Assembly (NCBI GenBank): GCA_963842525.1
Contig: CAWJGT010000001.1
Span: forward strand, 744,629-808,628
DNA length: 64,000 nt
Source: an uncultured Holophagales bacterium
Lineage (GTDB): Bacteria; Acidobacteriota; Thermoanaerobaculia; Multivoradales; UBA5704
Reading direction: 5' to 3'
Positions 1 through 10,132 of this stretch are shown here, piece after piece. The translations under genes and the position numbers were made by a program. Under the pieces are notes generated by a model that was given only the letters and a program-made list of their open reading frames with translations, did not search any database and was not told the DNA's origin. The first letter of the stretch is position 1, and each line of letters begins with the position of its first letter.

Positions 1-90
1 GCGAGAGCGGCTGTCGAGGCTGCGGCGAGTCGCCGAAGCGTTGTAAGGTTCCCTGGGACGAGGCACCCCCGAGGGAAAGGGAGCTCTCTG

Positions 91-1213
91 ATGTGGACAT
101 CCACCCGGTTCACGGAGCGGTTCGGCCGCCGCTATCCGATCGTGCAGGGGCCGATGGGGGGCGGCGCGTCGACGCCTGAGCTGGTGGCGGCGGTCTCGGG
201 CGCAGGTGGGCTGGGATCGCTCGGCTGCTATCACCTGGAGCCCGCCGCGATCCTGCGCGCCGCGGCCGACATCCGGCGCCTGACCGACGAGCCGTTTGCC
301 CTCAACCTCTGGATCCCCCGCGAGCAGGAGGACGCCGGAAGCCCTACGACCCCTGTAGGGGCAACCCTTGTGGTTGCCCACGGTCCCGAGGCTGCCCGGG
401 CCCTGACGCGTCTCCAGCCGTACCGGGACGAGCTCGGGCTGCCGCCCTTCACGGAGCCTCCGGCGCCCACCGTCCAGGACTTCGAGCTGCAGTTCGAACG
501 CCGTGCTCGAAGCCCGGCCCGCTGCCTTCAGCTTCATCTTCGGTTTGCTGCCCGCGCCGATGGTGGCGGCGGCGCACCGGCGGGGGATCGAGCTGATCGG
601 CACTGCGACGACAGTCGACGAGGCCGAGGCCCTGGAGGCGAGCGGCGTCGACCTCGTGTGCGCCTCCGGGTTCGAGGCCGGGGGGCACCGCGGCAGCTTC
701 CTCCGTCCCGCGGAGCAGTCGCTCACCGGCACGCTGTCGCTCGTCCCCCAGGTCGTGAGCGCCGTGCGGGTTCCGGTGCTGGCCGCGGGCGGCATCGCCG
801 ACGGCCGCGGCGTTGCGGCGGCTCTGGTGCTCGGCGCCGAGGCGGCGCAGATCGGCACGGCCTTCCTGATGTGCCGGGAGTCCGGAGCGAGCGACCTCCA
901 TCGTGCTGCCCTCGCGGACCACGCTCGCGCGCGGCGCACCACCCTCTCCCGGGCCTACACCGGCCGGCTCGCGCGGATGCTCGCCAACCGCTTCACGGAC
1001 GAGATGGCTCAGCCCCCCACCGAGATCCTCCCCTGGCCGCACCAGAACGAGCTCACCCGGGAAGCTCGCCTTGCAGCGGCCCGCGACGGCCGCGAGGACC
1101 TTCTGCCGTTTTACGGCGGCCAGTCGGCATCCCTGGCTTCCCCCGGTTCTGCCGCCGACCTCGTGGCAACCCTGGCCGCGGAGACCCGCGAAGCTTTCGA
1201 GCGGTCCGCGTAA
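91..1213 (+). CDS. Nitronate monooxygenase / 2-nitropropane dioxygenase family flavoenzyme, split by one frameshift near 500
   Basis: ORF 91 begins PIVQGPMGGGASTPELVAAVSGAGGLGSLG; ORF 503-1213 continues with GFEAGGHRG, PVLAAGGIADGRG, GAEAAQIGTAF and YTGRLAR motifs. Confidence 0.85.
338..379. repeat. GTAG-type REP-like palindrome inside the nitronate monooxygenase CDS
   Basis: GTAGGGGCAACCCTTGTGGTTGCCC at 355-379 (GGGCAACC...GGTTGCCC stem), preceded by GCCCTAC, the tail of an opposite-facing copy. Confidence 0.55.
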
Positions 1214-1239
1214 GGGGGCAGCCCCGAGCACTTCGCGCC

Positions 1240-1640
1240 GAACGTCGCAAACGGAGCTTCCTTTGCGACGAGTCAGCCATTCAGCAGCGCACCCAATCCA
1301 TGTCTCGGCGCAAAGAAGCGATTCAGTGCGACGCGATAGAGATTCAGCGGTGCAAAGATCGATCTCGCGTCGCACTGGATCGATCCTTTGCGCCTCGATA
1401 AGCCTTCCTCGATTCCTGGATGGGTTTTGCGCCACGACGAAGCGCTACGCCGTCGCACGTAGACCTGCGACGGCGCAATAGAGTCGCACATCGGCGCAAA
1501 ATAGACTCTCATCGCCTCGCTGTGCGCCAACAGAGCGACGACGAAGGCTTTGTCGTCGCAAATTATCGATAGAGAGTCGCAAAGGATAGATTCGCGGCGC
1601 ACTCTAGTCATCCAACGGCGCACTGAACGCTTCTTTGCGC
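1240..1640. repeat. Highly degenerate ~21-bp period tandem repeat tract (intergenic)
   Basis: ATTCAG at 1279, 1321, 1342; CGCA at 1288 and 1309; recurring GATCGATC/GCGCAAA words; translations show a heptad rhythm (AIQQRTQ SMSRRKE AIQCDAI EIQRCKD) but no credible gene. Confidence 0.5.
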
Positions 1641-1743
1641 CGGGCAAACGGATACTGCGTGACCCGCTGCCGTTGTCTGCGAGGCCCCGCCGGGCCTTTG
1701 CGCCAGCGGGTGTACAATGGAGCCTCGATCTGGAGCCCGCACC

Positions 1744-2145
1744 ATGAACCGTTTCCTTCGCCCGTTGCCCGCCCTTCTTGCCATCCTATGGCTCGCCGCC
1801 ACCGCGCTATCCGCGCAGGAGACCGGCGACCGCGCCGGCGAGGCACCCTCGCGCCGTCACCATCGGTACCCACGGCCTCGTCGAACGCGGCCAGGGGCCT
1901 CGAGGCCAGGGGCGGTGGCGAGGGTTCCCGATCAGCGTCAGCCTGCGCGACGCGCCGCTGCCGGAAGTCCTCCGCGCGTTCGCCCAAATCGCCGGCTTCA
2001 ACCTGGTCCTCGACCCCAGGATCCCCCAGGGGACCGTGACGGTCGAGCTCAAAGACGTGCCCTGGGACCAGGCGCTGCACGTGATCCTCAAGACCCACGG
2101 CCTCGCAGCCGAGGTCGCGGCCGGTTGTGGTTGATCGCCCTTTAA
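1744..2145 (+). CDS. Small secreted protein with a secretin/TonB N-terminal (STN, PilQ N0-like) domain; two frameshifts
   Basis: Signal peptide MNRFLRPLPALLAILWLAATALSAQ in one frame; ISVSLRDAPLPEVLRAFAQIAGFNLVLDP..VTVELKDVPWDQALHVIL in another; C-terminus GRLWLIAL back in the first frame. Confidence 0.65.
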   Translation: MNRFLRPLPALLAILWLAATALSAQETGDRAGEAPSRRHHRYPRPRRTRPGASRPGAVARVPDQRQPARRAAAGSPPRVRPNRRLQPGPRPQDPPGDRDGRAQRRALGPGAARDPQDPRPRSRGRGRLWLIAL

Positions 2146-2613
2146 AACGCCCTCACGGGCCTCTTCGGGAGTGGAGGAACGGTGCTGGGCAGCCTTGGAT
2201 GAAGGGGTCCGGACGAGCGCACGGTCGACGGACGCCTCTCGACCGGGATCGTCAGGCCCGCCCTGACCTGAAGCTCTCCAAGGCGGGCGGAAAGGCTGCG
2301 GGGAGCGCTCTTCCGCCGATGGAGCGACCTGCGCTTGCTGGAACGGAGGAGAGGTCGGAGCAGCCAGTCCGGAAGCTCTGGGAGGTGCGCAGCCACGGCT
2401 GGATTCTCGCACACTGGGTTGGCGAAGTCTCCCGCAAAGATCTCAGCATCCAGGCACGATCCGCAGGAATCCCCGACGCTCAGCTCCTGATCCCTGCGGA
2501 CGGGGAGGCTTTGGAACTCGTCCTCAGATCTTGACGCTAGTGCCCAGCAGACGCTAGTATTTTGGCATACTCACTGCAGCACAGCTACTCTTGGATGCCG
2601 AGGACCCGAAAGA

Positions 2614-3882
2614 ATGCCTTACGAATTTTTCTTCAGCTATACGCGGGCCAATAATGACGATTATCTCCGGAAATTCTTTGCCGAGCTGAACGACGCGGTC
2701 CGCCGCAAGGCCGGTTATCCCCAGGGGACCCTGACGGGCTTTTTCGACCAGAAGCGCCTCGAAGCGGGCACGGAATGGAACCAAGCCCTGGTCACCGCGC
2801 TCCAGGAAAGCGCGACCCTGGTCTGCGTCTACTCTCCCGCCTACTTCAAGAGCGAGTTTTGCGGACGGGAGTGGGGGGTTTTCGAGGAGCGCTGGCGGCT
2901 TCATGGGGCGCTTCGGCAGGCAGCAGATCCCGCAACCTCGGAGTGGCCCTCCGTTATCAAGCCTGTCCTCTGGATCCCGCTCCAGGAAGATCTCCCGGCC
3001 GGCGTTGGCAGCAAGCAGTTGGCTGGCGGCAACCCGCAGGGGGCGTTGAGCACGGTGGGTCTACTCAACATGCGGATGAGATATTCGAAGTACAGGATCG
3101 GTTATTTGGACTTCATCGACAAACTTGCGGATGAGATCCTGAAGGCCCGCGGTATTTATAAAGGCAAGCTGCCACGGGTGACTCCCGAGCCTGACTTCCG
3201 GACTTTCCAGAGCGCCTTTCACGCACCGCCGGCTCCTGGACAGGCTGCGGCTCCGAAGCCACAGGACCGTGGTCCCAATGGCGTCCAGTTCGTCTTCGTC
3301 GCCGGGAAACCTGACGAGTTGCGGGGGACCCGCAGCGTCGACAGCTACGAGCAGAAAGGGGGCAGGGATTGGAAACCCTATTACCCTCAAAAGCTCAGGC
3401 CTATCGGAGCCCTCGCTCAAGGCGTCGCCGCGAGCGAGGACCTCGACTTCTTCAGCGAGGAATTGCCCTTTAGCGCACAATTGCCCCAGGACGTGCGCAA
3501 CGCCGAGAATCAGGCGAACATCGTGGTTTTAGTCGTCGACGGATGGACCGCTACATTGCCTTCCTACGATCAGATCCTCGAGCAGTTCGACAAGGAGGGC
3601 TACTTCAACTGCAGCGTCCTGGTCCCTTGGAACGACGCCGATGCCGAGACCGCCCAGCAGCGTGCCGCGCTCGAAGCCCAGGTCCGCAGCGTCTTCCGCC
3701 GGCACTCGAGACATCCGCTCTATTTCCGGGACGCCATCACATCGGAAGAAGATCTGAGGGAGCAGCTCCGTGACGTACTGATCCGCCTCAAGGCAGAGGT
3801 TTTCAACCAGGCCCCAGTGAGTCGGCCGGTGCCGAACGGCGGAGTCAAGCCCGTCGTCTCGGGTCCTGGAGGTGACCGGTGA
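2614..3882 (+). CDS. TIR-like domain protein, FxsC type (TIR-like N-domain plus second TIR-like C-domain)
   Basis: FFFSYTRANND, GFFDQKRLEAGTEWNQALVTALQES..VCVYSPAYFKSEFCGREWGVF (TIR catalytic Glu region), IKPVLWIP, DWKPY, NIVVLVVDGWT, SVLVPWN. Confidence 0.8.
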   Translation: MPYEFFFSYTRANNDDYLRKFFAELNDAVRRKAGYPQGTLTGFFDQKRLEAGTEWNQALVTALQESATLVCVYSPAYFKSEFCGREWGVFEERWRLHGALRQAADPATSEWPSVIKPVLWIPLQEDLPAGVGSKQLAGGNPQGALSTVGLLNMRMRYSKYRIGYLDFIDKLADEILKARGIYKGKLPRVTPEPDFRTFQSAFHAPPAPGQAAAPKPQDRGPNGVQFVFVAGKPDELRGTRSVDSYEQKGGRDWKPYYPQKLRPIGALAQGVAASEDLDFFSEELPFSAQLPQDVRNAENQANIVVLVVDGWTATLPSYDQILEQFDKEGYFNCSVLVPWNDADAETAQQRAALEAQVRSVFRRHSRHPLYFRDAITSEEDLREQLRDVLIRLKAEVFNQAPVSRPVPNGGVKPVVSGPGGDR

Positions 3883-6800
3883 GCAGCCGTCCTCCCGGCA
3901 CGATCATCACTTTCTATTCCTACAAGGGCGGTACAGGCCGTTCCATGGCGCTCGCAAACATCGCCTGGATCCTGGCGTCCAGCCACAAACGTGTACTGGT
4001 GGTGGACTGGGATCTCGAGGCTCCGGGCCTGCACCGCTATTTCCGTCCCTTCCTGCTCGACAAGCAGCTGAGCTCCTCCGCGGGGGTGATCGACTTCGTG
4101 ATCGATTATGCGACCGAAGCGATCAAACCTGTCACAGAGGGAGAGCCGTTGCCCGACAACTGGTACATCGAGCAGGCCGACATCCTTCGTTATGCCATTA
4201 CGCTCGACTGGGAGTTCCCATCGGGCGGCGTCCTCGACCTCATCCCAGCGGGCAGGCAGGGCCCGAGCTATGCCGCGCGTGTAAACTCGTTCAACTGGCA
4301 GAACTTCTACGAGCGCTTGGGCGGCGGCCGGGTCCTGGATGCAGCCAGAGACCATATGCGGGCGGAGTACGACTACATTCTCATCGACAGCCGGACGGGC
4401 GTCAGCGACACCTCCGGCATCTGCACCGTGCAAATGCCAGACGCTCTGGCGGTCTGCTTTACCTTCAACAATCAGAGCATCGAGGGAGCCGCCGCGGTGG
4501 CGCGCTCCGCTCATGAGCAGCAGGCCAAGCGCAGTGATCGCGCCTTCAGGGTCTTCCCCATTCCCATGCGGGTCGATGCGTCCGAAGTGGACAAGCTGAA
4601 TACCCGGCGGCGCTACGCCTGGTGGATGTTCGACTCCCTGCTGAGCCACATCCCGAGTGCCGACCGCAGGCTCTATTGGGGCGAGGTCGAAGTGCCCTAC
4701 ATCCCGGTCTTCGCCTACGAGGAGATCCTCGCCTCCTTCCGCGAAGAGCCGAGCGATCCGAAGACCGCTCTCTCTGCCATGCTGCGGACCACCCGCCACC
4801 TGACCGGCGTCGGTGGCGAATACTCTTTTTCCATCTCACCCGAACAGCGGCAGGAGATCCTGGCGGAGTTCGCCAGCACTCCCGGGGAATTCGCGCTGGA
4901 CAGCGCTCCTGTGATTCCAAAGGAGACGGCTGCCGAAGAGCAGACGCGGGTGGCCGAAGGCGCCTTTGCGTCTTTCTCTCCGCAGGAGCAGGCCGATCTC
5001 CGGCACCTCCTGACCCGTCTGGTGCGGATCGCCGGCGGGCCGGACGAGGCGGAGGGAGCTCACGGGCGGCTGCGAGTGAGAGTCCAGGATCTGGGTCCGG
5101 CAGCCCTCCCCCTCATTGACAGGCTCACAGCGCTGAGGCTCCTCACGGTACAAATGGAGGCCGGAACGAAGAGTGTGGAGCTCGCCGATGACGGACTCGC
5201 GCAGAGCTGGCCTCGCCTGCGCGACTGGATCGCGGGGGACCTCGAATTCCTTCTCTGGCGCCAGAGGCTGCGGGACCGTTGCCGGGATTGGGAGAAGACC
5301 GATCACAGCAGCGACCTGCTGCTGCAAGGGTTGCCGTTGAGGGCAGCGCAGCGCTGGCTGCTGGAACGGGGAGCCGATCTCAACGAGGTGGAGACTGCCT
5401 TCATCCAGCAGTCTGCCGCGCTGGAATCCCGCTCGCAGTACTCATTTTCCGCCCGAGGCTTGCGAGCCTTCATCATCCGGCCGTTCGGCATCAAGCAGGA
5501 GATCGATTTCGACCGTGTGGAGAAGGAGCTGATCGATCCGGCTCTCAGCCAGCTCAATGTCGGGGGCCGGACAACGGTCGATATCCTGCGGGCAGGCAAC
5601 ATCCGGCTCGACATGTTCCAGCGGCTTCTCGCCGCCGATCTGGTCGTCGCGGATGTCTCGATCCATAACGCAAATGTCTTTTATGAGTTGGGCATCCGCC
5701 ATGCCCTGCGGGATAAACGGACCTTCCTGCTGCGCTGCGAAGGCGATCAATATCCTTTCGATCTGCAGACCGATCGTTATTTTGTCTACCGGAAGGACAA
5801 TCCAGCGGCCAGCCTGAGCCTGCTGACGACGGCTCTCGCGCGTACGATCACCTCCGAGGACATCGACAGTCCCGTCTTCCGGTCGCTCCCCGGCTTGAGG
5901 CAGCAGGACGGCTCGAGCCTCCTGGCGATCCCGCAGGATTTCATCGATGCCATCGAGCAGGCTGCGGCCACGCGCCAGCGTGGCGACCTCGAGCTGCTTT
6001 CCGCGGAGATCCGGGACCTGGAATGGGCGCGCGGAGGACTGCGGATCATCGGCCGCAAGCAGTTTGATATCAAAGCCTATTCTGGAGCGCGGAGCACCTG
6101 GGAGGCAATCCGGAAGCTCGACCCGGATGACTTGGAGGCGAATACGCTGCTGGGAACCATTTACCAGCGCCTGGGAGAGCCCGTGAACTCCGACCAAGCG
6201 ATCCAGCGTGTCCTGCGCCACGATGAAGCAGCGGGAGACCAACGGGCCGAGGCTCTTGCCCTTCTCGCCCGTAATGCCAAGACCCGCTGGAGGGAGGAGT
6301 GGCACAGGCTCCCCTCCGAGCGCTTGCGTGAGGAGGCCTTGCGCTCCCCGTTCCTTGAGGAGTCTGCTCTCGCGTATATGCGAGCTTTCGAAGAATCCTT
6401 CAATCACTTCTACCCGGGCCTGAACGCGCTGGCAATGCTTACGGTTCAAATGGAGCTGGCGAGCGCTTTGCCGGAGATCTGGTTCGAGCGCTTCGATCAA
6501 GAAGAGGATGCCCGGAGGGAGATCGAAAGGAGAAACGAGCAGATCCGCAAGATCGCCTCTGCCGTGGAGCTGTCTCTGGCGGCAGCCAAGTCGCGCCTTG
6601 AGCGCCGGCAGGAAAGCGACATTTGGGTGGAGATCAGCGAGGCCGACTTTATCTGCCTGACCTCGAACCGACCGCGACGGGTCGCCGATGCCTATCGCAA
6701 GGCTCTGGCGAGCGTCCCGGATTTTGCCATCGATGCGATCAACGGCCAGCTCAGGATGTACCAACTGCTTGGAGTCCTGAGCGCCAACGTCGAGGCTGCT

Positions 6801-7466
6801 CTTTCCATACCCACCTTTACCAGGCTCGGGCCAGAGACGCCGCAACCCGCCGGAGAACGGCCGCGCGCCCTTCTTTTCACCGGCCATAGGATCGACGCCC
6901 CCGGCCGCGAGGAGCCGCGCTTCCCACCCGACAAGGAAAGTGTCGCCCGGGAACAGATCCAAAGCGCGGTGGCCGCCGAGATGGCGCGGCCGGGAGGCGT
7001 AGCCTATGGAATCGCGGGCGGGGCGAGCGGCGGCGACATCCTCTTCCACGAGGTCTGCGCCGACCTGGGAATGTCTACCCGTCTCTACCTCGCACTGCCG
7101 AAAGGCGACTATATCGTCGAGTCGGTTCAGTCGGCCGGGCCTGAGTGGGTCGAACGCTTCAACCAGCTCTACCAGAAACATCCGGAGGTGCGCGTGCTCT
7201 CCCCCTCTTCGGACCTCCCGCGGTGGCTCAGCGAGAGACCCGGCCAATATTCAATCTGGCAACGTAACAACCTGTGGATGCTCTACAACGCGCTCGCGGA
7301 GGACAACAAAGACCTGACCTTGATCGCCCTCTGGGATGGTAAGGAGGGCGACGGGCCCGGCGGCACGGGAGACCTCGTCACCAAGGTCAAGGAACGCGGC
7401 GCCAAAGTGATCCACCTGAACACCGAGGCGATTTTCGTCACCTACTCAACGGAGCCCGCATCATGA
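3879..7466 (+). CDS. Multidomain conflict protein: KGGxGR ParA/MinD-like ATPase + STAND-type helical/wHTH segment + nucleoside-deoxyribosyltransferase-like (DUF4071-type) domain + TPRs + SLOG-like domain
   Basis: [41 protein letters not shown]; [16 protein letters not shown]; [40 protein letters not shown]; [41 protein letters not shown]; start overlaps the upstream stop (GTGA). Confidence 0.75.
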   Translation: MSSRPPGTIITFYSYKGGTGRSMALANIAWILASSHKRVLVVDWDLEAPGLHRYFRPFLLDKQLSSSAGVIDFVIDYATEAIKPVTEGEPLPDNWYIEQADILRYAITLDWEFPSGGVLDLIPAGRQGPSYAARVNSFNWQNFYERLGGGRVLDAARDHMRAEYDYILIDSRTGVSDTSGICTVQMPDALAVCFTFNNQSIEGAAAVARSAHEQQAKRSDRAFRVFPIPMRVDASEVDKLNTRRRYAWWMFDSLLSHIPSADRRLYWGEVEVPYIPVFAYEEILASFREEPSDPKTALSAMLRTTRHLTGVGGEYSFSISPEQRQEILAEFASTPGEFALDSAPVIPKETAAEEQTRVAEGAFASFSPQEQADLRHLLTRLVRIAGGPDEAEGAHGRLRVRVQDLGPAALPLIDRLTALRLLTVQMEAGTKSVELADDGLAQSWPRLRDWIAGDLEFLLWRQRLRDRCRDWEKTDHSSDLLLQGLPLRAAQRWLLERGADLNEVETAFIQQSAALESRSQYSFSARGLRAFIIRPFGIKQEIDFDRVEKELIDPALSQLNVGGRTTVDILRAGNIRLDMFQRLLAADLVVADVSIHNANVFYELGIRHALRDKRTFLLRCEGDQYPFDLQTDRYFVYRKDNPAASLSLLTTALARTITSEDIDSPVFRSLPGLRQQDGSSLLAIPQDFIDAIEQAAATRQRGDLELLSAEIRDLEWARGGLRIIGRKQFDIKAYSGARSTWEAIRKLDPDDLEANTLLGTIYQRLGEPVNSDQAIQRVLRHDEAAGDQRAEALALLARNAKTRWREEWHRLPSERLREEALRSPFLEESALAYMRAFEESFNHFYPGLNALAMLTVQMELASALPEIWFERFDQEEDARREIERRNEQIRKIASAVELSLAAAKSRLERRQESDIWVEISEADFICLTSNRPRRVADAYRKALASVPDFAIDAINGQLRMYQLLGVLSANVEAALSIPTFTRLGPETPQPAGERPRALLFTGHRIDAPGREEPRFPPDKESVAREQIQSAVAAEMARPGGVAYGIAGGASGGDILFHEVCADLGMSTRLYLALPKGDYIVESVQSAGPEWVERFNQLYQKHPEVRVLSPSSDLPRWLSERPGQYSIWQRNNLWMLYNALAEDNKDLTLIALWDGKEGDGPGGTGDLVTKVKERGAKVIHLNTEAIFVTYSTEPAS

Positions 7467-7603
7467 GCCGTTTCCTTCGCCCGTTGCCCGCGGTCGAGCT
7501 CAAGAACGTGCCCTGGGACCAGGCTCTGCACGTGATCCTCAAAACCCACGGCCTCGCAGCCGAGGTCGACGGCCGGTTGTGGCTGATCGCGCCGCCCCGC
7601 TAA
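7463..7603 (+). pseudogene. Internally deleted second copy of the STN-domain gene (46-codon mini-ORF)
   Basis: 7463-7490 matches 1744-1772 and 7491-7590 matches 2040-2138; reads [46 protein letters not shown]. Confidence 0.8.
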
Positions 7604-7623
7604 GGGCCTGTCCCACGAGCGCC

Positions 7624-7950
7624 ATGGATCACCCCGCCGCTTTCCGCCCCGAGGACCACGCCGTCTACGGCTCCGGCAAGATGGGCAAGGCCACGCTCTT
7701 CCAGTCCGACCGGCTCCTGGTGGGCCTGAACGCCTTCGAGCCGGGCCAGGAGCACCGCCTGCACGGCCACGCCGGCATGGACAAGGTCTACCATGTCCTC
7801 GCCGGCCGCGGCGTCTTCCTGCTCGAGGGGCGCGAGGAGCCCATGGCGGCGGGCACCATGCTCATCGCTCCCGAAGGGGTCCTCCACGGCATCCGCAACA
7901 CCGGCGACGAGCGCCTGCTGGTCCTCGCCATCCTGGCGCCCTCGCCTTGA
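7624..7950 (+). CDS. Cupin domain protein
   Basis: FEPGQEHRLHGH..DKVYHVLAGRG..APEGVLHGIRN cupin motifs. Confidence 0.85.
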   Translation: MDHPAAFRPEDHAVYGSGKMGKATLFQSDRLLVGLNAFEPGQEHRLHGHAGMDKVYHVLAGRGVFLLEGREEPMAAGTMLIAPEGVLHGIRNTGDERLLVLAILAPSP

Positions 7951-7998
7951 GGGCGGCGCTCCGCAGTTTCCCCCATTTCGCCGCGCCAGGGCCGTCTA

Positions 7999-9852
7999 TC
8001 AGCCCTGGTCCAGGTGTCCCGTGGCCGAGTCGCCCATTTCGACCCGCCCGTCGGGAAAGTACTCCCGCCAGCGGCGGGTCACGGTGGCCGCGGTCTCCTC
8101 GTCGGCGAAGAGCTCCTTGGGGAACCACGGCTTCATCCGGGCGTCGAGGAGGATAGGTGCCTTGTAGGAAAGGTGATGGCGGACCACCGTGGTGCCCGCG
8201 GCATGGAGGTCCGCCGCGGGCTCGAAGCGGGTGAAGGTGGCCCAGAGGAAATTGATCGGGCTCGCGGCGGCGCGGCGCGGCTCGTCGGTCAGCACCAGGA
8301 GCGGCCAGCCGGCAAAAGCAGGATGACCGGCGAAGCGCGCCGCGGCCCCGGGGTCCTCCGCATACGAGGGTCCTCCCAGGATCAGGCAGCCCGGGCAGAA
8401 GACCCGCACGTCGGTTACACCCTGGGGGACCTCGGCGGCCGTGAATTCGCGCGGCAGCTCCCGCACCGGATCGCCGAGGCCGAGCCAGACCCCCTTCGAG
8501 CCCTGATTGACCGCCGGGCCTGTGTAATCGAGCGTATCCATCGAGAGGTTCGAGAGCACATAGAGGTCCGTCTCAGGGTGGGTGCGCTCCAGGATGTGCT
8601 GGAGCGTGCGCGGAAAATCCTTCAAATCGACAGGCCGATCGGTCACCAGGAGGAACTTGGTCAGCGAGAGCTGCCCTTCGCCGAGGATGCGGAAGGCGCT
8701 CGCCATGGCCTCCCGCCCATAGCGCTGCTTGACGACCGCCGCGGCCAATGAGTGATAGCCGGTCTCGCCGTAGGACCACAGCGACTCGACCGCCGGCATG
8801 ACCAGGGGGAAGAGCGGCGACAGCAGCTCCTGGAGCAAATCGCCGATAAAAAAATCCTCCTGCCGCGGCTTGCCCACCACGGTCGCCGGATAGATCGCGT
8901 CCTTGCGCCGGGCCATCCGCCGCACGTGGAAGACCGGATAATCGTGCTGGAGCGAGTAGTAGCCATAGTGATCGCCGAACGGGCCTTCCGGCCGCCGCTC
9001 GCGCGGAGGGACCTCGCCGATCAGCGCGAATTCGGCCGAGGCGACCAGCGGGTGCGGCCCGGGGCCGGGCGCCACGAGCCGCAGCCGCTCGCCGGCGATC
9101 AGCGAGGCGAGCATCAGCTCGGGGACGTTCTCCGGGAGCGGCGCGACCGCGGCCAGGATCAGGGCCGGCGGGCCGCCGAGGAACACGGTCGCCGGCAGGC
9201 TCTGCCCCCGCGACTCGGCCACGGCATAGTGGAAGCCGCCGCCCTTGCCGATCTGCCAGTGCATGCCGGTCGTCCGCGGGCCGTGGACGTGGAGGCGGTA
9301 CATCCCCAAGTTGTGCCGCTTGGCGTCCGGCCGGCTGTCCGGGTGCTCGGTGTAGACGAGAGGCAGGGTGACGAACGGGCCGCCGTCCTCCGGCCAGGTG
9401 GTGAGGACCGGCAGGCGATCGAGCCGGACGTCATCTGTCACGACCTCGGCGACCGGCCCGGAGCGCATCCTCCTGGAGCCGATCCGCAGGGCCTCCCGTC
9501 CGATGTCGCGCGCGCCCCAGAGCTTGCCGGGCGTCGGCGGCAGCAGCGTCTCGGCGAGATGGACCAGCCGCCGGATCAGGCGCAGCGGCCGGGTGCCGAA
9601 CGCCAGCTCGGCCCGCCGCGCCGTGCCGAAGAGGTTGGTCGCCAGCGGAAAGTCGGACCCACGGACGTTGGTGAACAGCAGCGCCGGCCCGCCCGCCGCG
9701 ATCACCCGGCGATGGATCTCCGACGCTTCGAGCCGTGCATCCACCGGCGCCTCGACCACGGCGAGGTCGCCGTCCCGGCGGAGCTGGTCGAGGAAGGCAC
9801 GGAGGTCGGGGAACGTCGGCTCGCTCACGGCGGTGAGTGTATCCGACCTCAC
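7999..9852 (-). CDS. UbiD family (prFMN-dependent) decarboxylase
   Basis: DLRAFLDQL, GPALLFTNV, TNLFGT, WPEDGGPFVTLP, NLGMYR, EGPFGDHYGYYS motifs. Confidence 0.9.
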   Translation of the reverse strand: MRSDTLTAVSEPTFPDLRAFLDQLRRDGDLAVVEAPVDARLEASEIHRRVIAAGGPALLFTNVRGSDFPLATNLFGTARRAELAFGTRPLRLIRRLVHLAETLLPPTPGKLWGARDIGREALRIGSRRMRSGPVAEVVTDDVRLDRLPVLTTWPEDGGPFVTLPLVYTEHPDSRPDAKRHNLGMYRLHVHGPRTTGMHWQIGKGGGFHYAVAESRGQSLPATVFLGGPPALILAAVAPLPENVPELMLASLIAGERLRLVAPGPGPHPLVASAEFALIGEVPPRERRPEGPFGDHYGYYSLQHDYPVFHVRRMARRKDAIYPATVVGKPRQEDFFIGDLLQELLSPLFPLVMPAVESLWSYGETGYHSLAAAVVKQRYGREAMASAFRILGEGQLSLTKFLLVTDRPVDLKDFPRTLQHILERTHPETDLYVLSNLSMDTLDYTGPAVNQGSKGVWLGLGDPVRELPREFTAAEVPQGVTDVRVFCPGCLILGGPSYAEDPGAAARFAGHPAFAGWPLLVLTDEPRRAAASPINFLWATFTRFEPAADLHAAGTTVVRHHLSYKAPILLDARMKPWFPKELFADEETAATVTRRWREYFPDGRVEMGDSATGHLDQG

Positions 9853-9898
9853 CCCCTGTCCCCATGCGCTTTAACTTACCCCCGGGACGTGCCAGATC

Positions 9899-10023
9899 GC
9901 CCAAGGTTCACACCCGGGGCTACCCAGTTCCGCCCTCCGGGCTCTCGAATCCTGGGCACTTCGACCAACATTCTTGCGAGCCCGGAGGGCGCCATTCGGT
10001 AGCCCAGGGTGTGAACCCTGGGC
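9899..10023. repeat. REPIN-like inverted pair (CCCAGGG-TTCACA-CCCTGGG family)
   Basis: 9899-9945 is the near reverse complement of 9978-10023; a related single hairpin lies at 41420-41453. Confidence 0.7.
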
Positions 10024-10132
10024 GGGAGCTTCGATCGTCATCCGCACCATACGAGCCTCCTTGACCATTTCCACCTTACCACGGAGGGATGAGGCTGTAT
10101 CCTTGTGCGGCCCTGAGCAAGGAGCCCGATCC

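Noticed and set aside
2127-2534. 135-aa ORF upstream of the TIR gene as a third system component or RiPP precursor
   Set aside because: No recognisable motif, no FxSxx C-terminus, weak start; at most the decayed tail of another gene.
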